A stretch of 64,000 nt of DNA from an uncultured Clostridia bacterium (GTDB lineage: Bacteria > Bacillota > Clostridia > Oscillospirales > UBA644). The stretch spans positions 13,881-77,880 of the forward strand of contig CAOJUB010000004.1 in assembly GCA_948443805.1 (NCBI GenBank), given 5' to 3'. Below the pieces are notes generated by a model, which did no database searches, was not told the origin of the DNA, and worked only from the letters and a program-made list of their open reading frames with translations. Below, piece after piece: positions 1-7,656 of this stretch (its first letter is position 1; each line of letters starts with the position of its first letter). A program made the position numbers and the translations under genes.

Positions 1-150
1 ATCAGAAGCGTTACTGTGTTGTACAAAAGTTTTATTTCTGGATCTGTATCCTTACAATGCAGCTATGAGTCAAAAGAATTGAAGTTTTGTTCGATTAATC
101 AATTAAATGATATTGATATAGTTGAGACGCACAGACATATGGAAAAATAG
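1..150 (+). CDS. 3' end of an unidentified upstream gene (partial, runs off window start)
   Basis: Frame 1 is open for 49 codons from the window edge to TAG at 148-150 in an AT-rich stretch. No family recognised. Confidence 0.3.
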   Translation: MRSVTVLYKSFISGSVSLQCSYESKELKFCSINQLNDIDIVETHRHMEK

Positions 151-176
151 CAGGAAATTTTTCTTCCGCCACCCCC

Positions 177-206
177 AATTGCACAAAATATTCATTTTGT
201 GCAATT
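177..206. repeat. Perfect 30-bp palindrome AATTGCACAAAAT-ATTC-ATTTTGTGCAATT
   Basis: 13-nt arms are exact reverse complements around a 4-nt centre. There is no U/T tract on either side. It lies about 80 bp upstream of the recombinase start. Confidence 0.9.
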
Positions 207-283
207 AAGGCTCTCCCAAAAAATACACTTCTATTTAATTCCCTTTATTAAAGTATAGAATCCAAAAAAGTATCGGAGAAAAA

Positions 284-1297
284 TTGAATATGTCAAAATA
301 TCAATCTTTTACGCAAATCCCGGATTACGCTCAGGAATTTTTATATTACTGCCGGAATATCAAAAATATGTCTGAAAAAACAGTCCACGAATATTTTTTG
401 GACTTGCGCATTTTTTTCCGTTTTCTTAAAATTTATAAAAATAATTTCCCTGATCAGGATTTTGATTCGATTGATGCTTCTGATTTTTCTTTGGCGGAAT
501 TAAAAACAGTAACGCTTTCTGATCTATACACCTATTTAAATTTTGTCAATGAAGAACGCGAGGATAAAATTGCGGCAAGAAACCGGAAAATATCGAGCTT
601 ACGTACTTTTTTTAAATTTATGTGTAAACAAGGTTATCTGGATGAGAATCCGACAACATTTCTAGACTCCCCGAAAAAACCGAAAGAATTACCGATTTAT
701 CTATCCCTAAACGAATGTATGTCTTTGCTGGAAAGCATTGACGGAGTAAATAAAGTTCGAAATTTTGCCATTATTACCCTTTTTCTGAATTGCGGTCTCC
801 GGCTTTCAGAATTAGTGGGAATTAATTTAAAAGACATTACCGGAAATACGCTTCGTGTTCGGGGAAAAGGCAATAAAACACGGGATATCTATTTGAACCA
901 GGCTTGCACTGACGCAGTTTCAGAGTACATAAAAATTCGGCCCAAAGAGGGGCTCCCCCCTTCTGACCGGGACGCTTTGTTTATCAGCCGGAATAAAAAA
1001 AGAATTTCCAACCGGATGGTGCAGACGCTTGTAAAAAATTATATAGAAAAAGCAAATTTAAACAACGAAAAATACACAACCCATAAACTTCGCCATACCG
1101 CAGCAACACTGATGCACCAGAATGGAGTTGATATCCGTGTTTTGCAGGAAGTTCTCGGACACGCGAACCTGGGAACGACCCAGATTTATACGCATCTTGA
1201 AAACAAACAGATTCAAGACGCAATGAAAAGCAATCCGCTGGCATCCGTTCAAATAAAAAAAGAGAAATTACTGAAAGATACCGAAAAACAGGAGTAA
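284..1297 (+). CDS. Tyrosine recombinase/integrase, XerC/XerD family
   Basis: N-terminal SAM-like core-binding region plus catalytic motifs GLRLSEL, HKLRHTAAT and LGHANLGTTQIYTH (nucleophile Tyr). Start is TTG 284 or ATG 290, after GGAG at 275-278. Confidence 0.9.
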   Translation: MNMSKYQSFTQIPDYAQEFLYYCRNIKNMSEKTVHEYFLDLRIFFRFLKIYKNNFPDQDFDSIDASDFSLAELKTVTLSDLYTYLNFVNEEREDKIAARNRKISSLRTFFKFMCKQGYLDENPTTFLDSPKKPKELPIYLSLNECMSLLESIDGVNKVRNFAIITLFLNCGLRLSELVGINLKDITGNTLRVRGKGNKTRDIYLNQACTDAVSEYIKIRPKEGLPPSDRDALFISRNKKRISNRMVQTLVKNYIEKANLNNEKYTTHKLRHTAATLMHQNGVDIRVLQEVLGHANLGTTQIYTHLENKQIQDAMKSNPLASVQIKKEKLLKDTEKQE

Positions 1298-1300
1298 GCA

Positions 1301-1693
1301 ATGGAAGCAATTTGGCATGAAATGTTCCGGGCGGCACAGGCAGTGCAAAACCCGAAAAAAATATCCGATTATATAGATGCAGGCGGAGTTGCCGCGGCTG
1401 TATTGGCAGCCTCAGGAAAAATCTATACCGGGATTTGTATCGATACCTGTTGCACACTGGGAATCTGTGCGGAAAGAAACGCTGTTTTTAATATGATTAC
1501 CAACGGAGATACGGAAATAAAAAAAGTTCTTGCCATTATGCCAGACGGAAAATGCGGCGCTCCCTGCGGAGCCTGCCGGGAATTCATGGCACAGCTTATG
1601 CCAAATCGTTACCGGGAGATCGAAATTATGCTCGATTATGAAAAAGAATTGATTCTCCCTCTTGGCGCTATAATGCCGGAATGGTGGATCTGA
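1301..1693 (+). CDS. Small zinc deaminase of the cytidine deaminase fold (homotetrameric Cdd / blasticidin-S-deaminase-like)
   Basis: 130 aa with CAERNA and PCGACREF zinc-ligand motifs. AGGAG lies inside the recombinase 3' end, and the ATG is 3 nt after the recombinase stop. Confidence 0.8.
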   Translation: MEAIWHEMFRAAQAVQNPKKISDYIDAGGVAAAVLAASGKIYTGICIDTCCTLGICAERNAVFNMITNGDTEIKKVLAIMPDGKCGAPCGACREFMAQLMPNRYREIEIMLDYEKELILPLGAIMPEWWI

Positions 1694-1705
1694 GACAAAT
1701 AAAAA

Positions 1706-1753
1706 AAGAAATACCGCAGCAATCATCTTTATACCATTGCCGCGGTATTTCTT
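1706..1753. terminator. Bidirectional hairpin between convergent genes
   Basis: AAGAAATACCGC (1706-1717) pairs with GCGGTATTTCTT (1742-1753). An A-run lies upstream and a T-rich run downstream, so each strand sees a stem followed by U residues. Confidence 0.6.
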
Positions 1754-1771
1754 TTATAAAAATTTCTTCTT

Positions 1772-2905
1772 TCAAGAAATTATTTTATGCTGCGCTAAAA
1801 CCTGAAATAAAACGTCAAAGAGAAACCGGATATCGGAAAATGTTTTCAAATCCATATTCATCCATATCTTTCCGTGGCAGGACTTGATTTTCTTATTCCG
1901 GTATTCATACTGTGTCGGCGCACTGCAATATTGCCGGCAATTTACGCAGGGATCAAAATAACTTACCAGCCGTTCTGTGATTTCCGGCGACAAAGAATCG
2001 GCAAGCCGCAGCATTTCATTCATAAAATCGTTCTTACGTCCCATATATTTATTTTCGTATTTATAATTGGAAACCATATACCACCAGAAAAAATGATGCA
2101 TCAGATTCTCACTAATAAGAAGCGCATAGGAGAATCCAATCGGTGAGACATAAGTAATCTTACAGCCGGTACGGTTCCCTTCGATTTTGCGTTTGATTTT
2201 TAATTTTTTATTCGACAGCAAGTCATGGTCCAATCTTATAAGTTCGTTCTGTATTTCCATTGATAATCCTGAAATACAATCCTGGAATTCTGCTTTTACT
2301 TTTGCTTTGCAAAGTAAATTTTCCGGTAAAACAATTTGTTCGTATGGAAGAACAACGGGGTCGATGTCATACTCGGTCAACGTAATTTCTTTTACCAGTA
2401 TTTTTGCCAGTTTATCCGGGGCAATTAACAATTCAAAACCGTCTTTGTTTTTCTCCGGAAAATCTTCCGCTTTTTTATACTTTTCCCTCTTCGAAAGATA
2501 GCAGGTTTGTCCGTCAACAACAATCTGCAGATATTTTAATCCATAAATAACAGAGATACGGACATCCTTCTGCAAAGGAACCCCATTCGGAAAATGTCTC
2601 GGTTTTCCATCCGGAATACAAATATCTCCGATACTGCGGTTATCCTGCCTGGTGCCGAAAGAAAGGTGTCCCTTCCCTATCCCCAGATAAAATCCGGGAA
2701 TATCGACATGAACAGTCAAATCAATCTGTAAAGGAAGCTTGTATTTTCCGGGAATTTTGACATAAGATTTCAAAGGCAGGTCATCAAACCGATCAAAACG
2801 AATATTCTGAAATCCGGCAGACAGATATAGCCCGTCAGATTGCAGATTTGTTATTACATGTCCTACATTTTCCAAAGAATCGAACAAAATCTCTGTTTTT
2901 TTCAT
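1772..2905 (-). CDS. Hypothetical two-domain protein (377 aa)
   Basis: Long ORF with AAGGAGG 4 nt upstream of the ATG. ATGA overlap with the stop of the upstream gene. No family recognised. C-terminal CVNCRQYC...CHG cluster. Confidence 0.75.
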   Translation of the reverse strand: MKKTEILFDSLENVGHVITNLQSDGLYLSAGFQNIRFDRFDDLPLKSYVKIPGKYKLPLQIDLTVHVDIPGFYLGIGKGHLSFGTRQDNRSIGDICIPDGKPRHFPNGVPLQKDVRISVIYGLKYLQIVVDGQTCYLSKREKYKKAEDFPEKNKDGFELLIAPDKLAKILVKEITLTEYDIDPVVLPYEQIVLPENLLCKAKVKAEFQDCISGLSMEIQNELIRLDHDLLSNKKLKIKRKIEGNRTGCKITYVSPIGFSYALLISENLMHHFFWWYMVSNYKYENKYMGRKNDFMNEMLRLADSLSPEITERLVSYFDPCVNCRQYCSAPTQYEYRNKKIKSCHGKIWMNMDLKTFSDIRFLFDVLFQVLAQHKIIS

Positions 2906-3342
2906 AAGACCTCCTTTATCTTTATCGGGATATAATAATCCATCTGCTCATAACCCAACGCTGCCGTTATTTTTTTATCGCCTCCGATTACCGCTCCCCC
3001 CTGAGGCCTGGAATGGTCGTGTTCAAAATTATGATTTATCAGAAATTCTTCCACTGCAGCCATTTCTTCAGAATTGGACTCGCCGTCAATTCCGCAAACA
3101 ACCGCATAAATACCACCGGGGAAATCTACAACATCCATCCCCATGGTGTCCATTCCCTCCCGGAAGAAATAGAGCCATTCCATTCCGCCGTCCCTGCCGG
3201 TCAAAAAATCCTGCGGGAAAAAGGATTTGGGCTGCACATGAAGAAAGGCTTCAAAACGATTAAACTTTTCATCCCCGAAAAAACCTACCCCGGACGATAC
3301 CATTTTACAAGCCGGCATATTCATAATTCTTACAAATTCCAT
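2902..3342 (-). CDS. Stand-alone GyrI-like / AraC-E-type small-molecule-binding domain protein
   Basis: 146 aa. Shares GGMEW, FPGGIYAV and ALGYEQMDYYIPIK motifs with the C-terminal domain of the MerR regulator at 3947-4894. AAAGGAAG RBS lies 6 nt upstream. Confidence 0.75.
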   Translation of the reverse strand: MEFVRIMNMPACKMVSSGVGFFGDEKFNRFEAFLHVQPKSFFPQDFLTGRDGGMEWLYFFREGMDTMGMDVVDFPGGIYAVVCGIDGESNSEEMAAVEEFLINHNFEHDHSRPQGGAVIGGDKKITAALGYEQMDYYIPIKIKEVL

Positions 3343-3362
3343 TTTTTACTTCCTTTCTATTT

Positions 3363-3926
3363 TTATACTGTAACGTCAAAAAGAAATTCACAGCGTTTTT
3401 TTCCGCCGGAAATCAAAGCTGACGAAACAACCTTTTTTAGTTGAAGCTTCACCCCTAATGCAGTTTGCCAAAGAGCTTTTATATTGCCTGCGCAGCAAGC
3501 ACAGTATGTAGAAGATTCAGGCAGAGAATCGGATTTCTTTATATCTTGTATCATTTTGCAGGAACAGACGCAGGTGAAATGATCTGTTTCTCCATAAGAC
3601 CAAAACACGCTTAATGTGTTATCGTCATGCAAAACAGTTGGCGCTTTATGGGGAGAATCGATTTCGTCCATCAAAGCCACACGTTCTTTTAAGGTTTTGT
3701 CTGCATACTTTTGATAAAAAGCTTTATGCTTTTCTTGATTTGTTTTGCCGCAGCCCAATTCCTCCATTACCGCTAAACGGTCTTTCAGAGAAAGAGTGCC
3801 GTCAAGCAATTCAACAAAAGTTTTCTCAGGAATATCAGCGCCGCTTGATTGCCCGATTAATGGTTCTACACTTTGCCAAAGTCCTTTTTTTTTCATCTTT
3901 TTTTGAAAAGTTTTTGTTTGAATCAT
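3363..3926 (-). CDS. Cysteine-rich hypothetical protein (possibly DUF6144-like)
   Basis: ORF with AAGGAG RBS. Cys clusters GCGK, CVCSC, YCACCAG and RCEF. Start taken at the second ATG (3926) for RBS spacing, but 3932 is also possible. Confidence 0.7.
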   Translation of the reverse strand: MIQTKTFQKKMKKKGLWQSVEPLIGQSSGADIPEKTFVELLDGTLSLKDRLAVMEELGCGKTNQEKHKAFYQKYADKTLKERVALMDEIDSPHKAPTVLHDDNTLSVFWSYGETDHFTCVCSCKMIQDIKKSDSLPESSTYCACCAGNIKALWQTALGVKLQLKKVVSSALISGGKKRCEFLFDVTV

Positions 3927-3946
3927 ATACATTCTCCTTTTCCTTC

Positions 3947-4894
3947 TCAGTCTTTTTGAAGTTTAATGGGAACATACAAATTTAATTGATCATACCCAAG
4001 TCCCGCCTTGATCTCTTCATCGACATAAATCATGTGGACTGCAACCCCCCGGCTGCTATCAATGACAAAGTTTGTCTGATCAATCCATTTTTCAATCTTT
4101 TGCAGGACTTTCAATCCGCTTTCATCGTCCGCATCGACACTGACTGCGACCGCATACAGTCCACCAGGATGGGTAATCATCTGATAGGGTTCGGTATCGG
4201 CTTCTGTCACGCCGTCCCGGACTCGCCAAATCCATTCCGCCATTCCGCCCCGGTCAAACAGAAAATCTCCGGCATCAAAAAGGATTGGTTCAATTAAATG
4301 ATTATGAGCCTCCTGCCAAGCGTTGAAATTCCCAAACAATTCTTCATAAGTTACAACGCCGGAAGTTAACGCTCTGAATGCAGGAACTCGGACAATCATA
4401 ATTTCCGGAATTTTTTGATCCAGTTTATCCGTAATTTCAATAAAACGGTTTGAAGAAGCAGCATTTCCATTATAATCCACGTTTGTAATCTGTGTTTCAA
4501 TTATCTTGGTTTTTTCATATAACAGCTTAATATCGGATTGATTTTCAAAATTGATTTTTTTGATCTGATCGATAAATTCAAGGATGATCTTTTTCAATTC
4601 ATGCAGAAGTCTAGCCTCTCCATCAATATCGTCCACTTTCTTTTCCAGAACTTCCAAAACCACTTTTGATCCTTCAGTACTAAAGATACGTTTGATATCT
4701 TTAACACTGATATTCAACCGGCGCAGAATCAAAATTTGTTCCAGACGCTTTACGGCTCTTTCATCATACATCCGGTATGCGTAACCATCGCTTCTGGAAC
4801 TTTCGATCAGTCCCATATCTTCATAATAACGCAGCGTACGCGCAGATATGTCGTATTGGGTTGATAGTTCTCTGATTTTAACTAGATTCCCCAT
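3947..4894 (-). CDS. MerR-family transcriptional regulator with C-terminal GyrI-like effector-binding domain
   Basis: N-terminal HTH IRELSTQYDISARTLRYYEDMGLI, a coiled-coil linker and a C-terminal ligand domain. Start moved to ATG 4894 because the -10 box abuts the longer ORF start at 4954. Confidence 0.9.
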   Translation of the reverse strand: MGNLVKIRELSTQYDISARTLRYYEDMGLIESSRSDGYAYRMYDERAVKRLEQILILRRLNISVKDIKRIFSTEGSKVVLEVLEKKVDDIDGEARLLHELKKIILEFIDQIKKINFENQSDIKLLYEKTKIIETQITNVDYNGNAASSNRFIEITDKLDQKIPEIMIVRVPAFRALTSGVVTYEELFGNFNAWQEAHNHLIEPILFDAGDFLFDRGGMAEWIWRVRDGVTEADTEPYQMITHPGGLYAVAVSVDADDESGLKVLQKIEKWIDQTNFVIDSSRGVAVHMIYVDEEIKAGLGYDQLNLYVPIKLQKD

Positions 4895-4956
4895 TTTTAC
4901 TTCCAATCTTTTAGCAAATTTTTTTGTCTCTCGGTTCTTTAATTTTGTATACATCT

Positions 4957-4987
4957 ATTATAAACTCTTCCCCAACGGAATAGTCAA
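4957..4987 (-). promoter_or_regulatory. MerR-type promoter: TTGACT-19 bp-TATAAT with a dyad in the spacer
   Basis: Minus strand reads TTGACT attccgttggggaagagtt TATAAT (19-nt spacer counted by hand). Imperfect dyad ACTCTTCC-N5-GGAATAGT (4964-4984) is centred on the spacer. Confidence 0.7.
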
Positions 4988-5132
4988 GTCATTTTACATA
5001 AATTTCAAAAATAGTTCAAAATTCAACAGATTCATACAAAAAGAAAAGAATAGAGATAACAGAAAAAGCAAAAGAAATAGAACTAACCAATAAAAACATG
5101 TTGCGTTTCTTTATACGAAAAAAATAAAATTT

Positions 5133-6383
5133 TTAATCTGAAAGATTCGCCAGCGCCTTTTGCATATAGATCAATGCATATTCTTCCAGTTCCCTGCTTC
5201 TGCGTAACCGTTCAATAATATGACTTCTCTTGTCTTTCAAAGCCTCTTTCGGAATCGTACTAAGCTGAGCGGCAATCATCATAATCTCATAAGCAAAACT
5301 TATAATTTCATCATACTGTTTAACCGCCAGCGCCAGGTATTCTTTATCGATACCAGAAATGATATTCATACTCATTTCCAAAAATTGCTTAATTCTTAAT
5401 TTATCCTCATAATGAATAAATGCATGCGGATAAAGACAATGAATCTGATCTGCTTCCTTTACATTTTCTTCTTTCAGCAAATCACTCCAATTTTGATAAA
5501 TTACCATCCCGTAACCGCGCATTTTATCCTTCCCAGAATGTTCTGTATTTAATAGCAATCGAATTCCATTGTGAAGCGCTTTGATACAAGCCTGTTCAAC
5601 CGACAGAGTTTTTCCGGCAGGTTTCAAAATCAGCATATCGCAGCTGTTCCGATACCAACCAGTACATTGATTAAGTTGATTAAAGTCGATTTTAATATTT
5701 TTATCATCACAACCATCTAAAAAACATAGGCCTTTTAAAACTCGTCCCTGATCAGAATATCCCACAGCAAAGATAACATCCCGATATTCTTTCGGAATAA
5801 TAATAACCGGATAGCCGCTTTCAATTTGTTTCCGTGCAACCTCAATAAACTCTTCTTCTGAAAAATCCTGCTGTGATAAATTTTCATAATCTAGCCCATA
5901 GATCAAAAAACTATCCCGGATCCACTCAGGCGGAGCATAGGAATATCCGAAACAAATACTGCTGATCGCAGACTGAAGAATATATTCAGAATCATCATTC
6001 ATCTGACAATTTTGATGGTTTCTCCGTTCTTCCAAACCGAAAAATAATTTAATGGCGGTAAAGAGAGAACCGAGCATAATACTTTTCGGCCACTTTGATC
6101 CAGAATATTCGGCAACAGGAGCTTTCGACAAAATGGTAAACTCATAGTTAAAGTTCGCTGCATACAAAGCGCTTGATTCAAAATTTAGAATAGCATCTAC
6201 GGGGCAATGAAATAAATCTGCCATTTGTACTAAAAAAGTAACGTTCGGCACGGCATTCCCGTTTTCCCATTTGCTGACTGCCTGAGACGAAATCCCCAGC
6301 TTCTCCGCTAAATTTTCTTGCGTATACTTATTTTTTTGCCGTAAAAAAGCGATTTTCTTCCCCATTTTTTTAGCATCAAACAT
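5133..6383 (-). CDS. XRE-family HTH protein fused to a ~345-aa uncharacterised C-terminal domain
   Basis: N-terminal HTH_3 motif YTQENLAEKLGISSQAVSKWENG. AAAGGTGGAG RBS. C-terminal region not recognised. Possibly a papain-like/BtrH-N-like fold (weak). Confidence 0.85.
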   Translation of the reverse strand: MFDAKKMGKKIAFLRQKNKYTQENLAEKLGISSQAVSKWENGNAVPNVTFLVQMADLFHCPVDAILNFESSALYAANFNYEFTILSKAPVAEYSGSKWPKSIMLGSLFTAIKLFFGLEERRNHQNCQMNDDSEYILQSAISSICFGYSYAPPEWIRDSFLIYGLDYENLSQQDFSEEEFIEVARKQIESGYPVIIIPKEYRDVIFAVGYSDQGRVLKGLCFLDGCDDKNIKIDFNQLNQCTGWYRNSCDMLILKPAGKTLSVEQACIKALHNGIRLLLNTEHSGKDKMRGYGMVIYQNWSDLLKEENVKEADQIHCLYPHAFIHYEDKLRIKQFLEMSMNIISGIDKEYLALAVKQYDEIISFAYEIMMIAAQLSTIPKEALKDKRSHIIERLRRSRELEEYALIYMQKALANLSD

Positions 6384-6411
6384 ACCCTTTCTCCACCTTT
6401 CTTTTTTTATT

Positions 6412-6440
6412 ATTATAGCACCATTTTATCAGGTAGTCCA
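6412..6440 (-). promoter_or_regulatory. Sigma-A-type promoter TGGACT-17-TATAAT with extended TG
   Basis: Minus strand reads TGGACT acctgataaaatggtgc TATAAT, upstream of the XRE-fusion gene. Confidence 0.5.
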
Positions 6441-6504
6441 TATAAATTAGGTTGTTTTTTCAATCAGGAACTCTACTTCAGGTTGTATTTTTTTATTTGC
6501 AAAG

Positions 6505-6542
6505 AAGTAGCAGTTCTGCAATGATAAATAGAACTGCTACTT
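6505..6542 (-). terminator. 13-bp perfect hairpin without a U tract (possible operon end or RNA stabiliser)
   Basis: AAGTAGCAGTTCT (6505-6517) pairs with AGAACTGCTACTT (6530-6542) around a 12-nt loop. It lies 45 nt downstream of the 190-aa gene on the minus strand. No T-run follows. Confidence 0.4.
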
Positions 6543-6586
6543 AGGCGATAATATCATACAAAGCATGTGCTTTTTCAAGTTAAAAT

Positions 6587-7159
6587 TTATTTGCAGTATC
6601 GATCCAATACCGCATTACTCCAAATATGCGCTTCCACATATTTTAAATGATGATTGATATGTTTATCTGTAGGATAAATACCCCGTTTGAAATCATATTC
6701 CACATAGGGAGGGAATCCATAACGGTCAATAATTTTAATGATTTCATCTGCAAAATAAACCTGATTCCAATATTCCTCTTCGCCAAATAACGCAGGATCC
6801 AAAATTGCAAAGGAATCACCGTAAGTAAAAGAAACAGTCAGCGGATCAAATTCGGTAAGCGGTATTTTGATAACCGCAGGATTTTCATAAGCGGACGCCC
6901 ATTGTTTGTGTTCACCCAACATCATATAAATTGGCACTGTTCTTTGTGGATTGCCGCCGCGTGCGAGAAACATCTTCCGCAGTTTCCGATCCCTGTCGTA
7001 ACGCTTTTGCAAAAAAACATCGATATTCGGATGACGAAATTTTCCGTCTGCCTTTTGCTGCAGTAAAATCTGTTTCGCTTCTTCAAATGGCAATTCCGTT
7101 AAAGATTTAAACGGCTTAAAATCTCGATTATAATAATGAAACAAAAACAATATATTCAC
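6587..7159 (-). CDS. Hypothetical protein (190 aa)
   Basis: ORF with a GTG start overlapping the VanZ stop (GTGA). No family recognised and no clear RBS, so translational coupling is assumed. Confidence 0.6.
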   Translation of the reverse strand: MNILFLFHYYNRDFKPFKSLTELPFEEAKQILLQQKADGKFRHPNIDVFLQKRYDRDRKLRKMFLARGGNPQRTVPIYMMLGEHKQWASAYENPAVIKIPLTEFDPLTVSFTYGDSFAILDPALFGEEEYWNQVYFADEIIKIIDRYGFPPYVEYDFKRGIYPTDKHINHHLKYVEAHIWSNAVLDRYCK

Positions 7160-7656
7160 CTGTAAGATTTATTTGGGGATATGTTTTTTTCCGTTTTTTT
7201 ACGAAAACAATATGTAAAGAAAATTTTTCCTAAAACCATACAAAAGATTCCGCAAAATGCGCCCAAAGAATCGATTAAGATATCCTGAACCATCGGCCCC
7301 CTGCCGGAAATAATCTGAATGGATTCATCGGTAACGGCAATCAACACTGAAAAAGAAAAGGCGTTCCAAAATTTTTGCAGAGAGAAGCGAAAATCATCAA
7401 TGAAAAAAAATAAAACGGATTCTCCCCCAAGAAGAAAATATTCCGAAAAATGCGCAAGTTTCCGGATATATTTTTCAATAAACAGGAAAACTGAAGAATT
7501 TTCCGCACCAACAGAAATGAAGATATTCCGAATCCATTCTAAAAGCCCGGAGCTCTGCTCTGCGGAATCGGCCTGAGAAAAAGACGAATTTCCCCAAATA
7601 AAACAGACTGTAAAAAAGAGAAAAAAAGCAATAATCCACCTTTGTTTATTCTTCAC
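7156..7656 (-). CDS. VanZ-family membrane protein
   Basis: Multi-TM protein with LAHFSEYFLLG and DESIQ...GR...QDILIDSLGA motifs typical of VanZ-like proteins. GTG start overlaps the transferase 3' end by 11 nt. Confidence 0.8.
   Translation of the reverse strand: MKNKQRWIIAFFLFFTVCFIWGNSSFSQADSAEQSSGLLEWIRNIFISVGAENSSVFLFIEKYIRKLAHFSEYFLLGGESVLFFFIDDFRFSLQKFWNAFSFSVLIAVTDESIQIISGRGPMVQDILIDSLGAFCGIFCMVLGKIFFTYCFRKKTEKNISPNKSYR

Noticed and set aside
177-206. The 30-bp palindrome as a dif site or as a plain intrinsic terminator
   Set aside because: It does not resemble the Firmicute dif consensus as I remember it, and dif sites are asymmetric. It lacks a U tract on both strands, so the terminator reading is weak. 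It is kept as an open finding rather than given either label.
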